From contig OY843768.1 of assembly GCA_963693095.2 (NCBI GenBank), positions 32,001-96,000 on the forward strand: a stretch of DNA of 64,000 nucleotides, given 5' to 3'. Each line of letters opens with the position of its first letter. The stretch's first letter is position 1. The DNA comes from Cenarchaeum sp. (GTDB taxonomy: Archaea; Thermoproteota; Nitrososphaeria; Nitrososphaerales; Nitrosopumilaceae). Shown here in pieces: positions 52,777 to 61,903 of this stretch. The translations under genes and the position numbers were made by a program. The notes under the pieces were generated by a model. It was not told where the DNA came from and made no database searches. It was given only the letters and a program-made list of their open reading frames with translations.

Positions 52777-54483
52777 TCACCTGTGCGTAAATATCGCCTG
52801 CGACCTTGCGTCCTTTCTGCAATACCCATACCTGACAAACTGGACGGTCTCTCCCTCATCAAGGCTCGCCCAGCGGGCCTCGACTGCGCCGGACTCCTCT
52901 GTAAGGCTCTCGGCATTGTATTGGCCGTCCTTGAAGAGCGGGCCGGGAACTGCTATCGATATGCCGATCGCACCGGCCTTTGGAACCCACTGGACCTTTG
53001 CGTTGCCGGCGCCAATGTCATCATCGACATATGTGCCGCGCAGCGCGCCGCCCTCGCGCATCACCTCAATGTTGCCCAGGCCGATGAGCCAGAGCGAGCG
53101 AGTCTCCTCACCGACATCATCGCCTCCGAGCATGAGCGTCCCGTCGCCGAGGCTGACTTTGCGCTCGCCGAGCTCTGCAGTCGGGTGGTTGCGCAGGGTC
53201 ACCTCGCCGGACGGCAGGCCACCAACGCGGATCTCTTGCGCATTGCGGACCATGTGCAGGCGTGGGCACGAGGCGTCGATCTCTGTCCTGTTTATGGCCT
53301 CTAGTGCCCCAAAGGGCGCCATCGTGTCGGCCTTTGTGAATCCCAGCGAGAGCACGAACGCCCTGATCGCCGCAGGCACTATGCCGCGACGGCGCATGGC
53401 CTCAAGCGTTGGCAGGCGTGGGTCGTCATACCACGAGACGGCCCCGCCCTCGATTAGGGGCCTGATGGCCCTCTTGGACACTGGCATGCCCTCAAACTCT
53501 AGGCGCGAAAAGACGGCCATCTCGGGCCGGCGCATGCCAAGCGCGCCGAGGAGCGACGCATAGAGCTCGCCGCGCAGCTCGTACTCTTTTGATCGAAACG
53601 CGTGCGTCACGCCATCGAGGCTGTCCTCGACGGCGACGGCAAAGTCATAGCTTGGCCACACCCTGTGCACCGCACCGAGTATGGGATGGCGCGCGTCAAT
53701 TATGCGAAAGAGCGACGGATCGCGCATCGTCGTGTTCGCCGATGACATGTCGCCGCGAAACCTCACTATTGCCTCGCCCGCATGGTATGAGGAGAACATC
53801 TTTTCCCAGCGCCGGCCGTGGTCGGCCGCATCGCGCCTGCTGCACGCGCACGCCCTCATCTCGCGCCGGCCCTTTGAGATGTCGTCCTTTTTGCATGTGC
53901 ACACATACGCGCCGCCTGACTCTATGAGCGCCCTGCCCCTCGAGTGGAGCTCGTCCATGTCATCTGACGTGTTCTTTTTGCGCGCAAACTCGACGCCGAG
54001 CCACTCGAGGCCGACGTTTATGGCAGCATAGTACTCGAGGCGCTCGGACTCGGGGTTTGTGTCATCCATGCGCAGTATGCACGACCCGCCGTACATTCTG
54101 GCATACTCGTGGTTTATTATCGCCGCCTTTGCGTGGCCAATGTGCGGATACCCGCTTGGCTCGGGCGGAAATCGCGTGATGACCCCGCCCTGCACGGCGC
54201 CGACTAGCGGCGGGAGCGCCCCCCTCTCAGGCTCGCTGCGCCCTGCCTCCTCGAGGCGCTCGGGATGCGAGGACTCTAGCTCTTTCCTGCGGGCCGACTC
54301 GGGCATTGCGTTGACCTCGTCGACTATGGCCTTTAGGGAGACTGCGACCTCGCCGGCCCGCGCGCGCAGCTCGGGCACCTCGCCGAGGAGCTTTGACATG
54401 ACAATGCCGACCTTGGTCTCGCCGTGCTCTAGGGCGTTCTGCAGCGCAATCCCGCGCGCGCGCCTCTCGGCCTCGCCGTCCAT
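52777..54483 (-). CDS. gltX: Glutamate--tRNA ligase (archaeal type)
   Basis: TRFPPEPSGYPHIGHAK, THAFRSKEY, WYDDPRLPTL and VQFVRYGY. ATG 54483 overlaps the upstream TGA. Confidence 0.97.
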   Translation of the reverse strand: MDGEAERRARGIALQNALEHGETKVGIVMSKLLGEVPELRARAGEVAVSLKAIVDEVNAMPESARRKELESSHPERLEEAGRSEPERGALPPLVGAVQGGVITRFPPEPSGYPHIGHAKAAIINHEYARMYGGSCILRMDDTNPESERLEYYAAINVGLEWLGVEFARKKNTSDDMDELHSRGRALIESGGAYVCTCKKDDISKGRREMRACACSRRDAADHGRRWEKMFSSYHAGEAIVRFRGDMSSANTTMRDPSLFRIIDARHPILGAVHRVWPSYDFAVAVEDSLDGVTHAFRSKEYELRGELYASLLGALGMRRPEMAVFSRLEFEGMPVSKRAIRPLIEGGAVSWYDDPRLPTLEAMRRRGIVPAAIRAFVLSLGFTKADTMAPFGALEAINRTEIDASCPRLHMVRNAQEIRVGGLPSGEVTLRNHPTAELGERKVSLGDGTLMLGGDDVGEETRSLWLIGLGNIEVMREGGALRGTYVDDDIGAGNAKVQWVPKAGAIGISIAVPGPLFKDGQYNAESLTEESGAVEARWASLDEGETVQFVRYGYCRKDARSQAIFTHR

Positions 54484-55466
54484 CACGAGCTCCTCTCGAC
54501 GATGCGCTCGATTAGGGATATCATTCCCCCGCCCGCCAGCGTGCCCGCATATGGGCGCAGCGCGGCCCTGGCCGCCGCAGCATGCCTGGATGCGACCCTC
54601 CGGGCCGCTGACTCTGCGCCCGAGTCCCTCATGGCCTCCACGGCGCGCGCAAGGGAGGCGCGGCTCGCGCGCGCATTGCCAAAGCACGCGCGTATTGCGC
54701 GCGCGTCGGCCCCGCTAGCGGCCCGCAGCGCAAGGAGTATGGGGAGTGACTTTTTGCCCTCGCGCAGGTCGTTCCCCACGGGCTTTTTGGAGACGCCGGG
54801 ATCGCCCATCGCGCCGATAATGTCATCTGTTATCTGGAACGCGACACCAAGGCTGCGCCCAAACCTCGAGACGCGCCTCTCCTCGCGCACGCCGGCGCGC
54901 GCCGATATCGCCCCCATCGCGCAGGCGGCCTCAAAGAGCGCAGACGTCTTTTTCTCGACCATCGTGATGTACTCTGCCCTAGTCGGAATTCCCCTGCGCG
55001 ATGCCATCTCTATGTCCATCATCTGCCCCTCGCACACGCTCACGCAAGCCGGCGCGAGTGCGCCGAGGAGGCGGGACTTTGTCTTTGCGTCGCGCATCGA
55101 GGACGCAATGTGCGCAAACGCGCCAGAAAAGAGCACGTCACCGGCAAGTATCGCAACTGGCATGCCAAACTTTTTGTGAACGGTTTTAACGCCGTGCCTC
55201 ACTGCATCATTGTCCATAATGTCATCATGGACGAGCGTAAAGTTGTGGACCATCTCTATTGCAGCAGCGGCGGCCATCGCGCCGGCCCGCGTTCCGCCGA
55301 GCATCTCGCAGCACTGGACAGTGAGGTGCGCCCTGAGCCTCTTGCCGCCGCTGGCGATGAGGTGGTGTGCGGCCTTGTATAGGACGGGCGGACGACCGCG
55401 CGACTGTGCGCCAAGGCGCGCGTTGACTAGTGCGGCATCGCGGGCCAGCGCGCCGGGCCGGCTCAT
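54483..55466 (-). CDS. Polyprenyl (geranylgeranyl) diphosphate synthase
   Basis: GGKRLR, first Asp-rich motif LVHDDIMDND, KT and second Asp-rich motif FQITDDII. Confidence 0.95.
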   Translation of the reverse strand: MSRPGALARDAALVNARLGAQSRGRPPVLYKAAHHLIASGGKRLRAHLTVQCCEMLGGTRAGAMAAAAAIEMVHNFTLVHDDIMDNDAVRHGVKTVHKKFGMPVAILAGDVLFSGAFAHIASSMRDAKTKSRLLGALAPACVSVCEGQMMDIEMASRRGIPTRAEYITMVEKKTSALFEAACAMGAISARAGVREERRVSRFGRSLGVAFQITDDIIGAMGDPGVSKKPVGNDLREGKKSLPILLALRAASGADARAIRACFGNARASRASLARAVEAMRDSGAESAARRVASRHAAAARAALRPYAGTLAGGGMISLIERIVERSS

Positions 55467-56110
55467 TCGGCAACCATCCTCCACGTGCCGTCTGCCATGT
55501 GCGCGCGAACCCCGGTGAGCATCGCGTCCCTGACATCACTGTCGGTCCACGGCGCGACCTGCGCGCCATGGCGACTGAGGGCATCAGAACGAGGCGCCTC
55601 GCCGAGGAGCCAGAGCGCGGCGAGCATCCACGGGCAGTACGGCCTCGCGTTATCGCCGACTGCGCGCGCAAGGCTGACTGCGTCCTCCCAGGCGAGCTCG
55701 GATATCTCTGACGGGGCCGGCTCTAGGCGCGCATCGGCGCCGAGCGTGCCGATCAGCGTCCCGCAGACCTCGTTCTCGGTGCCGACATCAAGGTACTCGG
55801 CCCTATAGACAAACTTGAAGAGATAGTCCATCTCACACGAGGCGCCTGTCTCCTCGGGCATGCGCCGCACGCCGGCATGCGCGTATGGCTCCCCCGCGCG
55901 CGGGTGGCTCGCAAACGTCGCGTCCCAGTGGGCAGGCCAGAGCATCTTTGAGCCGCTCCGGCGCGTGAGGAGGAGCCTGCCGGTCTCGTCCATGACGAGT
56001 GCGGTGAATGCCCTGTGGAGCCGCCCGGACCCAACGTGGCACTCTAGCTTGCCTGCAGTGCCGACCTCGCGGTCGCACTCGTCAACTAGAACCAGCTGTT
56101 CCTCGGCCAT
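55463..56110 (-). CDS. idi: Isopentenyl-diphosphate delta-isomerase, type 1 (Nudix)
   Basis: LVLVDECD, LHRAF, WDATFASHP, ENEVC and CPW motifs, within an isoprenoid operon. Confidence 0.9.
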   Translation of the reverse strand: MAEEQLVLVDECDREVGTAGKLECHVGSGRLHRAFTALVMDETGRLLLTRRSGSKMLWPAHWDATFASHPRAGEPYAHAGVRRMPEETGASCEMDYLFKFVYRAEYLDVGTENEVCGTLIGTLGADARLEPAPSEISELAWEDAVSLARAVGDNARPYCPWMLAALWLLGEAPRSDALSRHGAQVAPWTDSDVRDAMLTGVRAHMADGTWRMVAE

Positions 56111-56858
56111 TCCTGCGTCCCCTGATCAGCGTTCCGCGATAGCGCCTTCTTTTAACCGCATCGACGATCCGCTCGGGCCGGTTGCCGTTGACGACAAAGA
56201 CGTCAGTCCCGCCGCGCGCGATCCTGCCAGACTCGACGAGCTTGCGGGCCATGCCGCCAGTCACGTCCATGCCGACGCGCCCGACCCTTGCCCTCGCGCC
56301 GGCGCGCATCTCGGCGATGACCTCGCGCGTTGCGGGATCCGCATACACGCCATCGGCATTTAGCGCAAAGACGCAGAGGCGCGGCTTTAGGACGGCGGCC
56401 ATCATTGACATTATGCGGTCACCAGAGAGTATGAACGTCTTGCGCGAGCCGGCCCACAGCGCGTCGCCAAACGTGACGGGCAGCATTCCGGCCTCGGCGA
56501 TTCGCGCTGCGTCGCGAATCGCGCCCTCGTCTGCCCTGGTTCTGCGCACTATGGCCGCCGGAGGGAGCGGGTACGGGCTCTGGCCGTGCGCAAGGAGCTC
56601 GCGCAGGACGATAGAGTTGAGCGTGACCATCGAGTCCTTTACGGCCGCAACGCCGCGCGCGCCGTACTTGGCCGGACGCGTGTGCATGCGGTGTTTCACG
56701 GACCAATAGTGGCCAAATGACCCGCCGCCGTGGACCGCGATGACTGGCTCGCCGAGCCGGCCCAGCGCATCGGCGAGCCGGCCCATTGCGGCCCTTCTCG
56801 GCGAGAGGGGCCGCTCCTTGTTGGTTATGACCGACCCACCAAGCTTTACGAGTATCAC
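56082..56858 (-). CDS. ipk: Isopentenyl phosphate kinase
   Basis: KLGGSVITNK, HGGGSFGH, SGD and DVTGGM..K motifs. TATA-like TTTATTAA lies about 25 nt upstream. Confidence 0.92.
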   Translation of the reverse strand: MILVKLGGSVITNKERPLSPRRAAMGRLADALGRLGEPVIAVHGGGSFGHYWSVKHRMHTRPAKYGARGVAAVKDSMVTLNSIVLRELLAHGQSPYPLPPAAIVRRTRADEGAIRDAARIAEAGMLPVTFGDALWAGSRKTFILSGDRIMSMMAAVLKPRLCVFALNADGVYADPATREVIAEMRAGARARVGRVGMDVTGGMARKLVESGRIARGGTDVFVVNGNRPERIVDAVKRRRYRGTLIRGRRNGRGTAGSS

Positions 56859-57580
56859 GGTGCGCCTCGGCGCGCGCGTCAGTTAATAAAGTTGGCAGCG
56901 TGTGCCATGTATGGTGCGCCTAGGCGTGACTTGCAGGGGCGCAAGAGGCGCGCGCTGCGGCAGGCTTGGGGTTTGGCTCCCACTCGACCTGCAGGTCTAC
57001 TGCCCCGTAGAGGCACTCCACGACCCCGCCTATCGTCGCGCTGCTGCCTGCGTGCCTCTTTATGCGCCCCCGCCCCCTGACTACGTGTTAAATGCGCACG
57101 CACTCGATTACTGATCATGCCTTGTCTTCAACTTCATAACCTGTGCCATACGGGTTCATCTCATGCGCCATGACCGGCTTTTCTGTCCTGCCAAGATGTC
57201 CGAGTGGCCTCTTGCCCCACTGCATGTGGCCTCTATGAGACTGTCACGCTGTGGCGACTTGTCTATCTCTATCCTAGTCTCCGGAAGCGCTCTACTGACA
57301 TTTTCGCAATGCTGACCTGAATCCTGTTCTTTGCCATGTGGGATCTGCTCTTACAGGATGACAATTTTCTTTGGGCATCTTTACTTGTACAAACAGTCTC
57401 TGCAGTGTACTGACACAACTCCAAACAGTCTTTTTTGTTTTGCATCTTCATTATTTTTTGTATGTATGATTTTCTCCATTGCTTTTATTTCATAACCCAG
57501 CTCATACAAGATTGATGGCCATCCTTGCCCCCTCATGCATAGTCAGTTCATCATGTTCATGATCATTGTGTGTTCGGTTG

Positions 57581-58697
57581 TCATAACTTTAGCTCCTCGC
57601 AGGTCACCCTAGTGTCATAATGAATTTGTAAATTTGTGAATAGTCTAACTAGTGTATTGCCACAACTATTCTCGCTCATGTACATTCGCATCATGTCGTC
57701 GCCTATCTCAAAATTAATTCCACGACCCTCGTGTAGATCTATTGCTGTTACGCTGTAATAATTCTCGCTATTCTTCTGCTTTGTGCCCCATAACTTAAAC
57801 GGCTCACGAGCATTGAACACATAGTCGATAAACTGGTTTAGTTTATCAATTCTCTTTGAAAATTTGATAACAAATGGGTTTCCCACAACAGTTTTTGATC
57901 CCTTACTTGTACTAACTCCCAACCTCTGATCTTCGACACGTGAGATCAACTCTGAGTATCCTCCCTCCCTACACCTCGGTAACTACCTCTAGATGCTCTT
58001 GGATGGATTTTCCTCGCTGTATTGCAAAACACCCATTATTGGTTATGTGTTCTTTTATGTACTTGCTTGACAATTCTTCCTTACGTTTGACTTCGATCAG
58101 TTCATGTGAGATGCACCCTTGGAATTCTTCCATGCCTGCTAATTTATCATATAGGTCTCCTGAATTGTCTCCCTCGATACTCATCTTGAGTCTGTTCTTT
58201 TGCAGTGTTCCGGCATGATTGATAAAATATTTTCCATTCTTATCGTTCATCTCCTTTGACCATTTTTGTAGCATATCTGAATAAAACCACGCGTGGTCAA
58301 AAGAATAGTTGCGTTCTCCCACGAGGCTTCTGATCATGCTGTTTGCGTGGACTGCATTCTCATTTGTGTGCAATAATAGAAATCGCTTGTTGGTCTTGTC
58401 CAAATAAAATCTATGTTTCTGCTCTGGGTTATCGTTGCTGTGTATGTGTAGGATTTTGATCATGGGCATTCCGCCATCTTTGATCTCCCACGTTACTTTG
58501 TTTCCCTTGTTCGACTCGAATAGTTTGTTGGCCTCTAGCATGTATGTCTTCACCTTTTGAGTCTTGGGCTGCGCCTGTTTTTTGCTCTTGGGACTGACTG
58601 TGGATATTTTCGGCGACTCGTTCATCCTTGTAAGCTCCTCAACAAGCTCCCTCTTGTTGCTGACCTTGGCCAAACTTTGCTTATACTCTTGCGTCAT
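57581..58697 (-). pseudogene. Low-GC hypothetical gene split by a frameshift/stop near 57960
   Basis: Two co-oriented AT-rich ORFs (57969-58697 and 57581-57949) meet at an AGGGAGGGAGG micro-repeat. The downstream frame reads ...YSELISRVE without a convincing start of its own. Confidence 0.55.
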
Positions 58698-58760
58698 ATG
58701 GGCTCGATACGTGACATGGGTGTGTATAAACCTGATCTAGTGGATCAGGTGAGGCGTGCC

Positions 58761-58820
58761 TCACTTGCGACCCTTTATGCGTGCCCTGCAGGTCTTTTTG
58801 GCAGCAATGCTGCCGACCTT
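58761..58820 (-). repeat. Duplicate of the rpl2 3' end (56/60 identical to 59342-59401)
   Basis: Direct comparison. It encodes KVGSIAAKKTCRARIKGRK* versus KVGSIAARKTGRARIKDRK* in rpl2. Confidence 0.93.
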
Positions 58821-58988
58821 GTGATACATGCCTGTGCATTTCAGGCATGCGCGCTCACATGTTGAACCAGCTACCATGGTGACAGCGGCGCCCGAATCCA
58901 CAAGTCCCACAAGTTCATGGCCCGGCCACTCGTTCATCGTGCATCGGGCAAGAAACATCCCGCCATGTTCCTGCAGGAGAATGCTCAT
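58761..58988 (-). pseudogene. Truncated retropepsin-like aspartyl protease fused to the rpl2 tail duplicate
   Basis: GLVDSGAAVT clan-AA motif. ATGA overlap with the upstream ORF. The last 19 codons come from the rpl2 duplicate. Confidence 0.6.
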
Positions 58989-59335
58989 ACCCACGCTGAC
59001 GTGCATAGAACAGTATTGCCGTAAATGTATACCGGCTCGTCAGGGTGGGCGGCCATTGCCTTTTTGGCCGCTTCTGTCGGCCCGTTTGCTGCAAACACAT
59101 CGCCGCCACAGACGGCGATGTCCATGCCGGGGTACTTTGCAAGCAGCTCATCCTTTCGGCCTTCAAAGATCTCCTCTTGTGCGCTGAGTTTGGCCTCAAA
59201 TGCCTCTCCGTGTGACTGCGCGTCCTGAGCCTTGGAGGGCTTTGTGTCGGCACTATTGGCAGTGACGTGCGCCTTGTGCTTATGCTGTCGTACTGTCGAC
59301 GGGAATTTATCTTGACCTGGCCGCCTAGTGGGCAA
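58985..59335 (-). CDS. DUF5678-like small protein (start uncertain)
   Basis: ELLAKYPGMDIAVCGGDVFAANGPTEAAKKAMAAHPDEPVYI pattern. This family is commonly paired with aspartyl proteases. Confidence 0.55.
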   Translation of the reverse strand: MPTRRPGQDKFPSTVRQHKHKAHVTANSADTKPSKAQDAQSHGEAFEAKLSAQEEIFEGRKDELLAKYPGMDIAVCGGDVFAANGPTEAAKKAMAAHPDEPVYIYGNTVLCTSAWV

Positions 59336-59341
59336 TGATGC

Positions 59342-60073
59342 TCACTTGCGGTCCTTTATGCGTGCCCTGCCGGTCTTTCTGGCAGCAATGCTGCCGACCT
59401 TTGCACCCGGTGGCGCATCGCGCGAGACAGTCGATGACTGGCCCACGTGCTGATGCCTTCCGCCGCCGTGCGGGTGGACGTAGGATGCCTGCGCGACGCC
59501 CCTGACGATCGGATACTTTCTGCCGCGCGAGCGAAACCTGCGCCACTTGCCGCCAGCACTCATGAACGGCCGCTCGCCTGCGCCCCCTCCGGCCAGCGTG
59601 CCTATCATTGCGCGGTTCTTTGGGTTTAGCGTGGCTCGCCTGCCTGACGGGAGCTTTACCACAACACCGTCATCACCATGCGAAAAGATCGTCGCGCTAC
59701 CGCCGGCGGCCTTTACGAGCGTGCCGCCGTCGCCATACCTTCGCTCGATATTGCAGACAGTCGTCCCGTCAGGTATGTTTTGCACGCTAATCACGTTGCC
59801 GTCCTCATGGCTCGACTCGAGGCCAAACGTGACAGTCGAGCCCTTTTTTGTCCCCAGGACCGCCGGCATATGGGCAGTCCGTCCGTCATCAAACCTCACC
59901 TTTGCGAGCGGCGCGTCTCGCCCCCGCTCGTGGACAAGGTCGATTACGGTGCCCGTGTGGGTCTCGGCGAGCGCAAAGTCGGGGTACTTTGCCGGTGCGA
60001 TCTTGCCGGTCTTGGCGGCCCGAAACTGCATGCCTCCGCGGCCGCGCCTCCTGACTAGGGGTCTCTTGCCCAT
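59342..60073 (-). CDS. rpl2: 50S ribosomal protein L2
   Basis: MGKRPLVRRRGRG, HERGRDAPLA and VRGVAQASYVHPHGGG motifs. TTAAAA lies about 26 nt upstream. Confidence 0.97.
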   Translation of the reverse strand: MGKRPLVRRRGRGGMQFRAAKTGKIAPAKYPDFALAETHTGTVIDLVHERGRDAPLAKVRFDDGRTAHMPAVLGTKKGSTVTFGLESSHEDGNVISVQNIPDGTTVCNIERRYGDGGTLVKAAGGSATIFSHGDDGVVVKLPSGRRATLNPKNRAMIGTLAGGGAGERPFMSAGGKWRRFRSRGRKYPIVRGVAQASYVHPHGGGRHQHVGQSSTVSRDAPPGAKVGSIAARKTGRARIKDRK

Positions 60074-60338
60074 GTTCGACAGGGCGCCGAATGTGTGGAT
60101 TTTAAGCTTGTGGGTGCCTGCGCGCGTGGGCCTGGAGGGGCCCGGCACGCTGATCGCAGGCGTGGCCTGCGCAGGCCATGCCCTGTCCGCAAAGGCTCGC
60201 CTGTGTGGCAATATGGCGCCCGGACGCCCCTGTGGGCGCCGGGATGCGCGGTGGGAGGCATGGTTTGAGGCCCAGGAGCCCAATTCACCAGAATTGGCCA
60301 TCGTCGCCTGAATATATCGACATTGGCTGCCCCCATGC

Positions 60339-61854
60339 GTATGAGGTCAGCACCTAGACCGCACGCATGACCTCCTCGACCACGCTCTTCCCCATGGCCC
60401 TCCACGTCAGGAAGCACGTCAGGAGGATAGACATGCGCCTGGCAGCCGGCGCGCCCCCCTTGAGCTGGCCGCTCACCTTGCGGCGCACGACCACGTCGCG
60501 CAGCTCCCTCTCGGCGGCGTTGTTCGTGGGCGCGACGCCGGCGTGCTCGCAGAACGCGAACATCTGCGGCGCGGCGCGGCGGAGCCTGGCCACGGCGCGC
60601 GCCAGCTCCCAGCCCCCGCCGTCGTCGTGCCGGTCCAGCAGCGACGCCAGGGCGTCCTCCATCGCGCGCCGCAGCTCCGCGCACGGCGCGACGGCGGTGT
60701 CCCTGGCGGCGCGGTACAGCGAGAGGAGGTCGGCGTGCAGCCCGGGCAGCGCCCCGCCGTGCATCCTGGCGGCGTGCTCCACGGCGCGCAGCTCGTGCGC
60801 CCAGCACCGCTGGTGCATCCCGCCGGCGTCGAACCTGTTGTACGCCGGGTGCCCGTCGGTTATCACCACGCCTTCGTACCCTGGGAGTATCACGTCGAGC
60901 ACCTGCGCGCCCCTGCTCTTGCTGAACTCCAACCCGACACGGTTCCCGCCCGTCGCCAGCCACATCCAGTGGCCCTCGCCGGAGCTTGGGAACCCCGTCT
61001 CGTCCACGTGCACGTGCGACGCCCTCCTGATCTCCGCCCATATGCGCTCGGCCTCCGGCTCCAGCGCGTCGGCCACGTTGTCCCTTATGCGCAGCACGGT
61101 CGCCTTTGACATGGAGACCCCGTGCACTTCCAGCATCTCGGCGGCGATCCGCTCGACGGGCGTCCGAGTGCGCACGGACGACGCCACGGTGCCGACGAGC
61201 CTCCTGCCGTAGGACCCGCGGGCCGGCAGGCCGGAGTCCGCCCGCCGCGTCGCGCCGCAGTCCGCGCACGTGGCCGACTCGACATAGTGCCGCGTCTCGA
61301 CCGGCCGCGGGGGCGGGATCTCGATGATGTCGCGCACCGCCGTCGTGACCTCCATGCGGCCGCCGCACTCGCACGGCCCGCGGTCGACGCGGTGCCGCTC
61401 CGTCCCCGTCGGCGCGTGCCGGCGCGACGTGCCGCGGTGGCCGGGCCTGCCGCCGGGCGTCCCGTGCGGCGGGAGCTCGCCGCGCTCCCTCGCCCGCCGC
61501 AGCTCGCGCTTCCTCCTCTTGTGCTCCAGCGACGCCGACGACGGCGGCGTGTTGGCGTTCTGGTAGTACGACAGCGTGCGCCTCATCGCCTCTACCTCCG
61601 CCTCCAGCTCGGCGATCCTCTCGTCCCTCGACCTGACGGTGTCCTCCAGCCCGTGGACCTCCCCCTGCAGCTCCTTGACCTGCAGGCCCAGCGCCCTGGA
61701 GATCCCCTCGACGGCCCTGAGCCTGCCATTGAGCTGTGCCAGCGTGCTGTCCTGCTTCCCGCGACCCCTCACGCCCCGGCGCGCGCCCCAGCGGTAAATG
61801 GATCGGTAGGATCGCGCCTATTTGACCAAATGGGCAGGGGTGCTGACCTCATAC
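60339..61854 (-). mobile_element. IS66-family element, copy 2 (apparently identical to copy 1)
   Basis: Same TIRs and 1516-bp length. 8-bp TSD CCCCATGC at 60331-60338 and 61855-61862. Confidence 0.95.
60354..61772 (-). CDS. IS66-family transposase
   Basis: Translation identical to 13820-15238. Confidence 0.93.
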   Translation of the reverse strand: MRGRGKQDSTLAQLNGRLRAVEGISRALGLQVKELQGEVHGLEDTVRSRDERIAELEAEVEAMRRTLSYYQNANTPPSSASLEHKRRKRELRRARERGELPPHGTPGGRPGHRGTSRRHAPTGTERHRVDRGPCECGGRMEVTTAVRDIIEIPPPRPVETRHYVESATCADCGATRRADSGLPARGSYGRRLVGTVASSVRTRTPVERIAAEMLEVHGVSMSKATVLRIRDNVADALEPEAERIWAEIRRASHVHVDETGFPSSGEGHWMWLATGGNRVGLEFSKSRGAQVLDVILPGYEGVVITDGHPAYNRFDAGGMHQRCWAHELRAVEHAARMHGGALPGLHADLLSLYRAARDTAVAPCAELRRAMEDALASLLDRHDDGGGWELARAVARLRRAAPQMFAFCEHAGVAPTNNAAERELRDVVVRRKVSGQLKGGAPAARRMSILLTCFLTWRAMGKSVVEEVMRAV

Positions 61855-61871
61855 CCCCATGCGCGCCAAAA

Positions 61872-61880
61872 CTATAAAAC
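61872..61880 (+). promoter_or_regulatory. TATA box of cdc48
   Basis: CTATAAAAC preceded by an A-rich BRE-like tract, about 24 nt before ATG 61904. Confidence 0.65.
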
Positions 61881-61903
61881 CACAAGATAGGGCCGCGCCT
61901 GAC

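Noticed and set aside
57120-57580. Possible additional gene in AT-rich DNA
   Set aside because: Only short ORFs interrupted by stops and no recognisable motif; at most a decayed remnant.
60074-60301. N-terminal extension of rpl2 in the ORF track (similar extensions for gltX, the IS481 transposase and 15288-15374)
   Set aside because: The conserved protein starts and TATA spacing point to the downstream start codons.
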